Under the pieces are notes generated by a model, which was given only the letters and a program-made list of their open reading frames with translations, did no database searches and had not been told where the DNA came from. The position numbers were made by a program, and so were the translations under genes. From an uncultured Sphingomonadales bacterium (lineage in GTDB: Bacteria > Pseudomonadota > Alphaproteobacteria > Sphingomonadales > Rhodothalassiaceae): DNA of 39,446 bases. The stretch is from positions 1 to 39,446 of the forward strand of contig CAZJPA010000001.1 in the NCBI GenBank assembly GCA_964547755.1. The letters are read 5' to 3'. Below are positions 25,295 through 34,307 of the stretch, piece by piece. Within the stretch, counting starts at the first letter, position 1. Every line of letters starts with the position of its first letter.

Positions 25295-25819
25295 ATGGGC
25301 CCGCAGCCCCGCTCCTCGGGACCGCGGGTCAATGACGCCATCACCGCACGGGAAGTACGCCTCATTGGCCCGGACGGGCAAAATCATGGCATCGTCGATA
25401 TCGGCACCGCCCGCAAAATGGCGGAGGAAGTGGGGCTCGACCTCGTCGAGATCGCGCCGCAGTCCTCGCCGCCCGTCTGCAAGGTGATGGACTTTGGCAA
25501 ATACAAATACGAGCAGCAGAAGAAGGCCGCCGCCGCCAGGAAAAAGCAGAAGACCCAAGATGTCAAAGAGCTCAAGATGCGGCCGACCATCGACGATCAC
25601 GATTTCGATACCAAGATGAAAGCGGCCGAGCGCTTCTTGACGAATGGTGACAAGGTCAAGCTCACGATCCGCTTCCGTGGCCGCGAGTTGTCACATCAGG
25701 AGCTGGGGCGCGACGTGCTCGAACGGGCGCAGGCCCGGCTGGACGCGCTCGGCAAGGTCGAGAGCGGCCCGAAGATGGAAGGCCGGCAGATGACGATGGT
25801 TCTGGCCCCCGTCAAATAA
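25295..25819 (+). CDS. infC: Translation initiation factor IF-3
   Basis: Matching segments are [69 protein letters not shown] and [12 protein letters not shown]. The ATG at 25295 has no Shine-Dalgarno sequence. An in-frame ATC at 25274 lies 9 nt downstream of AAAAGGGAGAA and may be the real, non-canonical start (see findings). Confidence 0.93.
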   Translation: MGPQPRSSGPRVNDAITAREVRLIGPDGQNHGIVDIGTARKMAEEVGLDLVEIAPQSSPPVCKVMDFGKYKYEQQKKAAAARKKQKTQDVKELKMRPTIDDHDFDTKMKAAERFLTNGDKVKLTIRFRGRELSHQELGRDVLERAQARLDALGKVESGPKMEGRQMTMVLAPVK

Positions 25820-25999
25820 GCCTGCGTCTTAAGCGGCCGTCTCCTCCGTTCTTCCGCGCATGGCAAAGATCGGGATCCCACACGGGTCCGTCACCGATTC
25901 CGTCTGTGTGCGCCTGCGGTCTGGCACGCCTTATCCTTGGCAGACCCCCGATCTTCATGAGAAAAGAAGCCGACTGCGCGCAAGAGGGAGAGGAGGGGC

Positions 26000-26872
26000 G
26001 TGCCGCGATCGCTCGCATTTTCGTTCGGTCGGCCATGTTCGCATCGCTGGACGCTGGCCGGGTTGCTGGTCGCGCTGGTCTGGCTGGCCGGCGGGAATCC
26101 GGTGTTGGCCGTCGATGCTTGCCCCCAGCAGGCCGTCGAAGAGCTCTTAACGGCCGGTGACTACGACGCAGCGGTGGCGCAGGCCGTAAAGAGCCCCTGT
26201 GCGCCGGTGCTGGCGCTTGCCGCCCGGGCCCTGCTCGCCAAGGGGGCCTTCCTGCCCCCCGGCAAGGCGCGCAGCCGCCTCCTCGCTCGCGCGATCGCGC
26301 TCGCCGAACGGGCGCTCGCGCAGGATCCGGAGAATCTGACCGCCCTTCTCCAGGCGGCCGCTGCCTATGGCTTTCGCGCCGTCACCAGCCGGCGCATCGG
26401 AGACGTCCGCCGCGCCTGGACGCTCCTGGCCCGGGCCCGCAAGCTGGCACCCAAGGATCCCTACGTCCTGGCTGCGATCGGAACCTGGCATGGCCGCACG
26501 CGGCTTGGAGCCGGCGGCCTCGTTGCGCCCCTGCTCTTCGGGGCGACGAAGGGCGCCGCGCGCCGTCTTTTCTCCGAAGCCCTGGAGAGGGCGCCGGATG
26601 CGCCGGCGATCGTGATCGGCGCCGGTCTGCTGCTGGTCGCCTTTGGCGGCGAAGACATGCGAACCGGCCTTGCTCTGTTGCGGCGCGCCCACATGTTGCC
26701 CGCGCGCGATGCCTTCACCCGGATCCTGAAGGAGCGGGCGATGGCTCTTCTCACCGCGGTGCAAGAAGGCCTGGAAGGCCGCGCCCTGCGCCGCCTCGCC
26801 CGCCGTCTGCAGCCCTATGCGGACAATCCGCCAGCAGGCCCGAGCCGGCAGGAGACCGGATCAGCCGGGTGA
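26000..26872 (+). CDS. Hypothetical exported helical (TPR-like?) protein
   Basis: The GTG at 26000 is preceded by GAGGGAGAGGAGGGG. It has a signal-like N-terminus ([21 protein letters not shown]), high third-position GC and an Ala/Leu-rich helical composition. I recognise no family. Confidence 0.6.
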   Translation: MPRSLAFSFGRPCSHRWTLAGLLVALVWLAGGNPVLAVDACPQQAVEELLTAGDYDAAVAQAVKSPCAPVLALAARALLAKGAFLPPGKARSRLLARAIALAERALAQDPENLTALLQAAAAYGFRAVTSRRIGDVRRAWTLLARARKLAPKDPYVLAAIGTWHGRTRLGAGGLVAPLLFGATKGAARRLFSEALERAPDAPAIVIGAGLLLVAFGGEDMRTGLALLRRAHMLPARDAFTRILKERAMALLTAVQEGLEGRALRRLARRLQPYADNPPAGPSRQETGSAG

Positions 26873-27565
26873 TTGTTCGTCGAGATAGTAATGCGTGATG
26901 GGCCGCAGCCGGTCATCCAGGCGATACAGCAGGGGACGACCGGTCGGGATTTCGAGCCCGGGGATGTCCGCATCCGAGATGCCATCCAGATATTTGACGA
27001 GCGCGCGCAGGCTGTTGCCGTGCGCGGCCACCAGCACGGTCTCGCCGGCTTTGAGCGTGGGGGCGATCCGCTCCTCCCACAGCGGCAGAAACCGCTGGAC
27101 GGTGTCCTTCAGGCTCTCCGTGCGGGGCAGCAGAGCCGGATCGACATCCCGATAGCGCGGGTCGCCATGCGGCAGACGCGGATCGTCGGCGTCGAGCGGC
27201 GGCGGCGGCACATCATAGGAACGGCGCCAGATACGCACCTGCTCTGCGCCGACCTTGTCCGCCATCTCCTTCTTGTTGAGCCCCTGCAGCGCCCCATAAT
27301 GGCGCTCGTTGAGTCGCCAATGCTTCTCCACCGGGATCCACATCCGTTCCATGGCATCGAGCGCCAGACAGGCCGTGCGGATCGCCCGGGTCAACACCGA
27401 GGTGAAGCAGTAGCTCGGCAACAGCTCATGGGCGGCCATCAGCTCGCCGGCGCGCCAGGCTTGTCGGCGGCCTTCCTCGGTCAGATCGATATCCGTCCAG
27501 CCCGTGAAGCGATTTTCCAGATTCCACTGGCTCTGGCCATGACGCAGTAAGACGAGATCAGGCAT
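26861..27565 (-). CDS. gpmA: 2,3-bisphosphoglycerate-dependent phosphoglycerate mutase
   Basis: It has [20 protein letters not shown] (the RHG catalytic motif), ERHYGALQG, and [18 protein letters not shown]. Confidence 0.95.
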   Translation of the reverse strand: MPDLVLLRHGQSQWNLENRFTGWTDIDLTEEGRRQAWRAGELMAAHELLPSYCFTSVLTRAIRTACLALDAMERMWIPVEKHWRLNERHYGALQGLNKKEMADKVGAEQVRIWRRSYDVPPPPLDADDPRLPHGDPRYRDVDPALLPRTESLKDTVQRFLPLWEERIAPTLKAGETVLVAAHGNSLRALVKYLDGISDADIPGLEIPTGRPLLYRLDDRLRPITHYYLDEQSPG

Positions 27566-27701
27566 ACCCGCAACCCCTGCTCATGTATTCGTGATTCTGT
27601 GGGCGACGCCCGGACGAGGACGTCGGATAGCGGAGGGCTTTCGCGCCTCGGGCCTGCGCTTGTGCCCGAGCAGGCCGGCTGTCGTCAAGAATGGCGGCCG
27701 C

Positions 27702-28628
27702 TCACGCCAGCGTGTCCTTGAGAAAGCCGGCGATCGCCCCGCCGATGGCGTGGGGGCTGTCTTCCTGGATGAAATGCAGCCCCGCGACGGTGACCGTCCG
27801 CTGGGCAGGCAGGCCTGCGCACAGTTCCTTCACGCGCCCTCTCACCACCACACCCGGCTCGGCGAGCACGAGCAGTTTCGGAATGCGGCTGGTCTTGAGA
27901 AAAGCGAGATTGTCCGCCAGCACCCGATGGGTCTCGGCGGGCTCCCCATCGAAAGGCACGGCCCGCGGCCAGGAGAGCGTCGGCCGCCGGTCCTCGCCCG
28001 GTTGCGCATAGGGGCGGCGGTAGACGGCCATCTCCTCCGGGCGAAGCCTGCGCATCACGCCGGCCGGCAGGATGTTTTCCACGAACAGGTTCTGCTCCAG
28101 GATCAGTTTCTCGCCTTCGGGCCCGCGCAGAGCCGCAAAGATGCCGCGTGCGGCCTCCGGCCAATCCGCCCAAGCAAGCGGCGCCACCAGCCCTTCCATA
28201 TAAGCGATGGCGACCACCCGTTCTGGATGGCGACGCGCCCAGTCGATGCCTAAGGCCGTGCCCCAGTCATGCAGCACCAGAACCACCGGTCCGGCGGGCA
28301 CGACCTGGTCGAGAAAAGCGTCGAGAAAGCGCCGGTGGACGGCGTAGGAATAGCGGTCCGGATCCGCGCCCGGCAACTTGTCGCTCGCCCCCATGCCAAT
28401 AAGGTCGGGCGCCACCACCCGGCCGAAGGGCGTCAGATGGGGCATGACGTTGCGCCACAGATAGCTGGATGTCGGATTGCCGTGAAGCGCCACGATCGTG
28501 GGTCCTGCGCTTTCTTCCGTCACCACCGCGGCCATTCGGCGATCCAGAACCGGAACGTACCGGTGGGGCGGCTCATCGGATGCGATCGCCGTGAGCGCAT
28601 CCGGCCCGAGAATGGTTTCCTGTGTCAT
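27702..28628 (-). CDS. Haloalkane dehalogenase-family alpha/beta hydrolase (HLD-II-like)
   Basis: It has LHGNPTSSYLWRNV (halide-stabilising Asn), VLHDWGTALG (nucleophile Asp and Trp) and GLHFIQEDSP (catalytic His). Confidence 0.85.
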   Translation of the reverse strand: MTQETILGPDALTAIASDEPPHRYVPVLDRRMAAVVTEESAGPTIVALHGNPTSSYLWRNVMPHLTPFGRVVAPDLIGMGASDKLPGADPDRYSYAVHRRFLDAFLDQVVPAGPVVLVLHDWGTALGIDWARRHPERVVAIAYMEGLVAPLAWADWPEAARGIFAALRGPEGEKLILEQNLFVENILPAGVMRRLRPEEMAVYRRPYAQPGEDRRPTLSWPRAVPFDGEPAETHRVLADNLAFLKTSRIPKLLVLAEPGVVVRGRVKELCAGLPAQRTVTVAGLHFIQEDSPHAIGGAIAGFLKDTLA

Positions 28629-28711
28629 CGCCCCTTTTCCTTTAGGCCTCCCTCCCCTTGCGCTTGGCGCGCGTCACAATCCTGCGCGCGCGCTGAAAAG
28701 CCGGACAGCTG

Positions 28712-29728
28712 CTAGAACCGGTAGCCCAGGGCGAAGACGAAGGTGAGGCGATTCGTGTCCCGCGTGACGGGAGAGCGGCGGGCACGACCGATCAGCGTTT
28801 CATAACGCAGCAGCGAAAACAGCGTCCAATGCGGCGCAAGGGGATAGGCGACTTGGAGCTTGCCGCCCACCCGCTCGAACCCGCTGCCGGGTCGAAACGC
28901 AGGCAGCCCCGTTGCCGCGCTTTCAAACCGATCGACGCCATAGAAGGCGTCCATATAGTCGCCTCCACCGAATCGCGCCTCAGGCCCGAGGCTGACGAGT
29001 GTTTCTCCAAAGGCCCGCAGCTTTCCCTGAAGAGCGAAGGTGATGAAGCTGCCGCCATGCCCCTGGTCGAGGGCATCCGTGTTCGTGCTGACATCAAGCG
29101 CGAGCGCGCCATAGCCCACCGTGCCCGACAGCTTGAGCAGCGCCGTCTTGCCCACCGGATCGAGGCCGGGAAACTCCTTGGCCGAGCGGTTCTCGAAACC
29201 GGGCGCAAGCGAGAGCTTGAGCTCGAAATAGGGGCTCCAGAAATCCCGCCCCTTATCCCGACGATAGAAGTAAAGCCCGATGCCGTCCGTGACATTGATG
29301 AAGTATTTGCGCTTGATCTCGACATCGAAGAACAGGATCGGACCAAGCTTGAGCTTGGCGGAACCGGGGTAGCGCGGCCGCAAGGCGAAGCCGGCGCCCA
29401 AAGACAGCTTGCGGGGCTGTTGCAGCACCCGCGCCCACCAACCCGGCAGCGGAAACTGGGGCGGAAGCTTGCGATAGCGCTCCTTTTGGTCCGTCTTCTG
29501 CGCCACGTCCTTCTGCGATTTGGCAGCGTTGCCCGACCGGCTGTCCGGAGCCGGCGCGGCTGTGACCGCCCAGCGCTCGGCCCGTGCGGGACCCTCCCGC
29601 TCCCCGGCCGCTGCACCCGCCGGCAGACCCACAACCGTCCAAGCCGTGACCACCAGCGCGGACATCCCGGCCCAACGCCTGCGTCCCGGCCGGATCACGA
29701 CGGGGTGATGGCTGGATACCGCTCCCAT
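28712..29728 (-). CDS. MipA/OmpV-family outer-membrane protein
   Basis: It has beta-barrel-like alternating sequence, a C-terminus of ..FVFALGYRF, and a signal peptide after MGAVSS.. or MSALVVTAWTVVGLPAGAAA. I chose the ATG at 29728, preceded by GGAGGAAGGGGGGAGA. The track ORF extends to 29785. Confidence 0.8.
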   Translation of the reverse strand: MGAVSSHHPVVIRPGRRRWAGMSALVVTAWTVVGLPAGAAAGEREGPARAERWAVTAAPAPDSRSGNAAKSQKDVAQKTDQKERYRKLPPQFPLPGWWARVLQQPRKLSLGAGFALRPRYPGSAKLKLGPILFFDVEIKRKYFINVTDGIGLYFYRRDKGRDFWSPYFELKLSLAPGFENRSAKEFPGLDPVGKTALLKLSGTVGYGALALDVSTNTDALDQGHGGSFITFALQGKLRAFGETLVSLGPEARFGGGDYMDAFYGVDRFESAATGLPAFRPGSGFERVGGKLQVAYPLAPHWTLFSLLRYETLIGRARRSPVTRDTNRLTFVFALGYRF

Positions 29729-29771
29729 TCTCCCCCCCTTCCTCCATATGCACAGCCACGCAGCCATATAG

Positions 29772-30281
29772 TCAGTGGCCATCACCTCCCCCGGCCCCTG
29801 ACGATACGAGTGGAATGCTCACCATGATGTCGGGGTGACGCTCGAATCGCAAGGTCAGATGCAAGACCGACGGCGGCGGCTGCGGGATGCGCGAGAGCAT
29901 CACATGCAGGCCGCCGGGCGCGAACCGGAGACGATCATGGGCGGGCACCGGCACGGTGGCGCGCGCGATCATACGCACCATTCCCTTGTCATGGCGCGAC
30001 TCATGGACACCGGCCAGCACGGGCGGCGCGGCGATCACATCAACGAGACGGTCCGCTCCCCCCTCGTTGACGAGTGTGAAATAGACCGCGCCCATGCCAC
30101 CCGTCGGCAGCAGCCGCGCTTGGGTATCCTCCACCCTGATCACCGAAGGTTCCGGCCGGCCGCAGGCGGTCAGAACCACCACAAAAGCGAGCGCCGCCAA
30201 GCGCGCGATCCGCGTTCCACCGGCGGCGGCCGGCATGGTCATCCGTCTCCCGCATGACGATAGGCCCACATGCTCAGCCAT
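29772..30281 (-). CDS. PCu(A)C-type periplasmic copper chaperone (DUF461), lipoprotein
   Basis: It has a lipobox (VVVLTAC), then YFTLVNEGGADRLV, then a His/Met copper motif (VHESRHDKGMVRMI....HVML). The start is either the ATG at 30281 or the ATG at 30242. The track ORF extends to 30353. Confidence 0.8.
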   Translation of the reverse strand: MAEHVGLSSCGRRMTMPAAAGGTRIARLAALAFVVVLTACGRPEPSVIRVEDTQARLLPTGGMGAVYFTLVNEGGADRLVDVIAAPPVLAGVHESRHDKGMVRMIARATVPVPAHDRLRFAPGGLHVMLSRIPQPPPSVLHLTLRFERHPDIMVSIPLVSSGAGGGDGH

Positions 30282-30328
30282 GGCTTGCTCTTTCCTTCTT
30301 CTCCGCCACGCCCGCCTGCGCGGCCGCT

Positions 30329-32416
30329 TCAGGAAGTGGTGCCCGTCAGCCAACCACAGCCGCCGGCGAGCGAGCGCGCCATCACCCGATCATAGAGGGC
30401 CATCTGGTCGGCGATGACGGCCTCGCGTTCTTCCGCCAACAGGAAACCTTCCTGGATCGCATGATCGACGGCGGCCGCAAAAGCCTCCCGATAGCCTTGC
30501 CTGTCGCCGTAGCGTTCCTCGATGGACGGACGCGGATCGAGCGAGGCCATGCGTTCGCGTTGCGTGCGTGGGAAAGGAATGAAACTGCCGAGCCAGCGCG
30601 AGATGATCTTGTGCCCGCCGGTCGCGGGGCTGCGGGGATTGAACCCGAGATGACTGCCGAGCGGCGCCAGAATCCAGGGCAGCGGCACCCCGCCCTGCTC
30701 ATTGCCGTCCCGTCGCGGCAAGGGCAGGAGAGCGCGATAATGGCCGGTGACCTTCGGCGGCACGACGTCCATGATCCCGGCTGTCCGAAAACGCGGCCCG
30801 AAATCCAGCCGCGGCGGCACCAGATAGCCTTCGGGCCGGGCCGGAGCGAAACCACGGGGAAGAGCCGCCAGATAGGTGGCCAGATCGCCCAACTCGCCGC
30901 GCGCCAGGGTCGGATAGCGGGAAGGCGGCGGCGGCGTGCCCTTGGTCACCCAGGCGGCGAGTGCCTTGAGCAGGGCGCGCGCCACCGGCCTCTTGTCCAT
31001 GGGATTGACGCAGTATTCGAGGCCGCGGGTGGTCGGCCAGCGGGCGAAGAAATGCTGGGCGCCGAGTAGTGCGTAGATGCGTGTGAACGGATCGGGCGGC
31101 AGATCCGCGCGGCCGTCGGCGGTCGTATGCAGCAGCGAAGCCGCGCGGGACCAGTATTCCGTCGAGCTGTTGGTGAAGATGACCTTCGGAACATATCCGA
31201 GAGCCCGCGCCTGATCGAACAGGCTGGCGCGCCGGCCGGTCAGGGGATCGACGCTGGGTGTCGGCGAGAAGGGGAACATATCGGTGGGGTAGATATGCTC
31301 CTCGAACTGGCTGAAATGGCGGGTGGTTTGGGCGAAGCGGAAATTGAAACTGCCCTTGCCGCCGCCGGCGACACGGATGAAAGCCCCGTCGAAGACCGCG
31401 CCCTTGGCATCCACGAACAGGCCGTCACGGATCATGGTCGCGATGAAGCGACCGGACTGGGAATGACCGAAGATAAGCGCATGGTGGATGGCGAGCGCCT
31501 CGTCTTCGCGGGCATGGCGGATCGCATCCCGCACCGCCGCAAAGCCGAGCCCCACGACCCGCGGATCCCGCACGGTCACGATAAGCTCGTAGATGCGCCC
31601 CGGCTCGAAAGCAAAATCGGCCGTGACGTGAAGATTGGCGGGCTCCTCGCGCCCGTCCGGCAACCGCTTCGTCAACCGATAGCGATCGGGCGGAATGATC
31701 ACGCGCTTGGCTTCCGGCCCGTCGCGCACGGTGAGCACCGGCTGCGGATCGGCTGCCAGCGGGTGACCCTTCGCGCTGATGCCCCCGACGAATGCGGTAT
31801 GCGTGGGGTGATCGACCGTGAATTCATAGGCGATCCGGCCGGTGATCGGGCTGCCGTCCGGTTGACGGGCGATCGGCAGGTCGATTTCAAGACGGTCGTT
31901 GCCACTGGGGACGTCCCAGTTCCAGGCGGCGGCCAGCAATGTGTAGCCTTCGCGCATCAGCCAGCCATTGCCGGCGGTCTTCGGATCGTTGCCGGCGCGC
32001 TCGGAATTGAAGATCGCCAGCGCCGTCAGATTGCCGCGGTTGGTGACGTCAAAAAGCAGAACATGATTGCCGCGCGCCGGGTCCCGCGGACGGATCAGCA
32101 CGAAGTCTCCCGTAAAGCGCACCAGCCCGTCGTGATCGCGCGGCGCAAGGTCGATGTCCCGAATGGCCCGATTGAAAACCGCCTTGGGATCGACGGCGTA
32201 GACGAAGCGCCCCCGGATTTTCTCATACGGGCCGACTTGCCCGAAGGACCGGCCCCCTGCGAAAGCTTCACGGGAGGTGATCTCGACCCGCTCGACCCGC
32301 GCCCAGGCGGACCCGCCGATCGCACAACAAGCCGCCAGAATGACCGACCAGGCCAACACCCGCCAGAACCGGCTTTTTCCATCGTCGGCCCTGGTGCGAA
32401 TCGTCCTTTCTGTCAC
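30329..32416 (-). CDS. Large uncharacterised exported alpha/beta-hydrolase-domain protein (about 695 aa)
   Basis: It has a signal sequence (FWRVLAWSVILAACCAIGGSAWA) and a nucleophile-elbow-like GHSQSG within IFGHSQSGRFIATMIRDG. I chose the GTG at 32416, which lies 6 nt downstream of AGAGGAAGG. The track's start is the GTG at 32491. Confidence 0.65.
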   Translation of the reverse strand: MTERTIRTRADDGKSRFWRVLAWSVILAACCAIGGSAWARVERVEITSREAFAGGRSFGQVGPYEKIRGRFVYAVDPKAVFNRAIRDIDLAPRDHDGLVRFTGDFVLIRPRDPARGNHVLLFDVTNRGNLTALAIFNSERAGNDPKTAGNGWLMREGYTLLAAAWNWDVPSGNDRLEIDLPIARQPDGSPITGRIAYEFTVDHPTHTAFVGGISAKGHPLAADPQPVLTVRDGPEAKRVIIPPDRYRLTKRLPDGREEPANLHVTADFAFEPGRIYELIVTVRDPRVVGLGFAAVRDAIRHAREDEALAIHHALIFGHSQSGRFIATMIRDGLFVDAKGAVFDGAFIRVAGGGKGSFNFRFAQTTRHFSQFEEHIYPTDMFPFSPTPSVDPLTGRRASLFDQARALGYVPKVIFTNSSTEYWSRAASLLHTTADGRADLPPDPFTRIYALLGAQHFFARWPTTRGLEYCVNPMDKRPVARALLKALAAWVTKGTPPPPSRYPTLARGELGDLATYLAALPRGFAPARPEGYLVPPRLDFGPRFRTAGIMDVVPPKVTGHYRALLPLPRRDGNEQGGVPLPWILAPLGSHLGFNPRSPATGGHKIISRWLGSFIPFPRTQRERMASLDPRPSIEERYGDRQGYREAFAAAVDHAIQEGFLLAEEREAVIADQMALYDRVMARSLAGGCGWLTGTTS

Positions 32417-32498
32417 CGTCACCCTTCCTCTTGTCCCGCTCTCTGCCGGCGATCGCAATCGCCCCCGCCCCGACACCGTAAACAGAAACACCGACCCG

Positions 32499-33479
32499 TC
32501 AGCCTACCCGCGCCGCCATGGTATCCGTCGCCTCCACCAGTTCGTGGGTGATCGTCGCCTCGAAGGCCGAATGGCCGGCCAGGGTCACCAGTCTCAGCTC
32601 CGCCTGAGACAGGGCTTGCTTGAGTTCGAAAGCCGCCTCCGGCGGGCAGATGGCGTCATAGCGCCCCTGGACGATGATCACCGGTGTCTCCTGTAGCGCA
32701 CCCGCTTCGCTCAGAATCTGGTCCGGCCGGCGCAGAAAAGCGCGGTGAAAGAAATAGTGGCATTCGATGCGGGCCAGCGCGAGGGCGAAGGCGTCCGACT
32801 GGGAATCGGCCTGCTGGCGCGTGCCGGGATCCAATGTCACCGTGCTGGCCTCCCAGCGGGCCCAGCGATGGGCCGCCATCAGCCGTACCTGCTCGTCCGG
32901 CGCTGTCAGCAGGCGGTAGTAGGCGGCGACGACGTCGCGCCTGTCGGCCGCCGACAGCGGTGCCACGAAGCGGGCATAGCTTTCCGGAAAGAGGCGGCTG
33001 GCGCCATCCTGATAGAACCAGTGGATCTCCCGTGGGCGGGCGAGAAAGATCCCCCGCAGCACGAGTCCCAGCACCCGTTCGGGGTAATGCTCGGCATAAA
33101 GCAGCGCCAGCGTCGATCCCCAGGAGCCGCCGAAGACGACCCAGCGCGCGACGCCGAGATGGGTGCGCAGCCGTTCGATATCCGCGATCAGATGCCAAGT
33201 GGTGTTGGCATGAAGGGCGGCATGCGGACGCGAGCGCCCACAGCCACGCTGATCGAACAGGACGATGCGATAGCGTCCGGGATCGAAGAAGCGGCGCTGG
33301 GCGGGCGCGGTGCCGCCGCCCGGTCCGCCATGGAGAAAGAGCACGGGAATGCCGTCGCGCCGGCCCGACCACTCCCAATAGATCCGATGGCCGTCACCGA
33401 CATCGAGCATGCCTGTTTCTTCCGGCGAAATCGCCGGATAGAGCTGGCGCAGGCCTTGCCGGCCGTCTCCCCGTGACAT
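32499..33479 (-). CDS. pip: Proline iminopeptidase (prolyl aminopeptidase)
   Basis: It has VLFLHGGPGGG, FDQRGCGRS, GGSWGSTLAL (Ser nucleophile), and QGRYD..CP..A. Confidence 0.92.
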   Translation of the reverse strand: MSRGDGRQGLRQLYPAISPEETGMLDVGDGHRIYWEWSGRRDGIPVLFLHGGPGGGTAPAQRRFFDPGRYRIVLFDQRGCGRSRPHAALHANTTWHLIADIERLRTHLGVARWVVFGGSWGSTLALLYAEHYPERVLGLVLRGIFLARPREIHWFYQDGASRLFPESYARFVAPLSAADRRDVVAAYYRLLTAPDEQVRLMAAHRWARWEASTVTLDPGTRQQADSQSDAFALALARIECHYFFHRAFLRRPDQILSEAGALQETPVIIVQGRYDAICPPEAAFELKQALSQAELRLVTLAGHSAFEATITHELVEATDTMAARVG

Positions 33480-33605
33480 TGCGCCCTCTTTCCTGCCGAC
33501 CGTTGCGGGATCGCCGTCACCTTACGCACCCCCCGCCGACCCCCAGCCGAGATGAAGGCCGGTTTGACCAGGAAAGTCAAGGCGTCACAACCTGTTGCGG
33601 ACAGA

Positions 33606-34148
33606 TCATCCCGGTTGCTGACCGGACTGGGCGGAAACGATCTTCCAGCTTCCGTCCGGTTGCCGGCAAGCGGTACCATAACCGGTGACTTCCTTGCCCC
33701 CGACATAGATGGTCTGGGTGAATTCGCGGCAGTATTGGCCTTCCTCGTTCTTGTATGCCGGCTTGGGCTCCACCCAGCCATGATGGCCGGTGTCCGGATT
33801 CACCCATTCCGAGCGCTGACCAGAGGGGGTGCGCTCCAGCGCCTCGTATTGCGCCCTCTCAAGCGCCAGCCGGTCAGCGCGATCGAGCGACTTGCCGATC
33901 TCATTGCCGATGGCCGCCCCCAGGAAGGTGCCGAGGGCCGCTCCGATCACCTTCGAGTCGCCATGCCCACCAAGCTCGGCGCCGAGCAAGCCGCCGAGCG
34001 CGCCGCCGATGATGGTGCCGGCCGCCTCCTTCTCGCCTTGGCCCGTGGCCGTGCAGGCGCCGGCCAGCAACGCCACGGCGAGCACGATCGGATGGCGCAG
34101 GCGCCGCATGAGTCCGGACTGCTTCTTAAGCGTATTGCCATCTGTCAT
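33606..34148 (-). CDS. Glycine-zipper '17 kDa surface antigen'-type lipoprotein with a C-terminal domain
   Basis: It has a lipobox (LLAGAC) and a glycine zipper (GTIIGGALGGLLGAELGG..GAALGTFLGAAIG). The ATG at 34148 is preceded by AGGGAGA. Confidence 0.75.
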   Translation of the reverse strand: MTDGNTLKKQSGLMRRLRHPIVLAVALLAGACTATGQGEKEAAGTIIGGALGGLLGAELGGHGDSKVIGAALGTFLGAAIGNEIGKSLDRADRLALERAQYEALERTPSGQRSEWVNPDTGHHGWVEPKPAYKNEEGQYCREFTQTIYVGGKEVTGYGTACRQPDGSWKIVSAQSGQQPG

Positions 34149-34307
34149 GACCGATCTCCCTGTTCTCTCGCTGCCGTGCGGGGGCCGTAACCAGCTTCCT
34201 CAACCATAAACGCACGCGCGCCGCATCCGTTCTATTCCCTTGATGTGTTCTGCCATCTTGCGACTTAATCACGGCTGAACGAAGCCCAAGGCCGTGCAAT
34301 CCGAATC

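Noticed and set aside
27702-28628. A possible functional link between the haloalkane-dehalogenase-type gene and the two halogenase-like genes (a halogenation/dehalogenation cycle)
   Set aside because: The genes are more than 18 kb apart and separated by housekeeping genes (thrS, infC, gpmA) in different transcription units. Nothing in the sequence connects them, so the co-occurrence is most simply coincidence.
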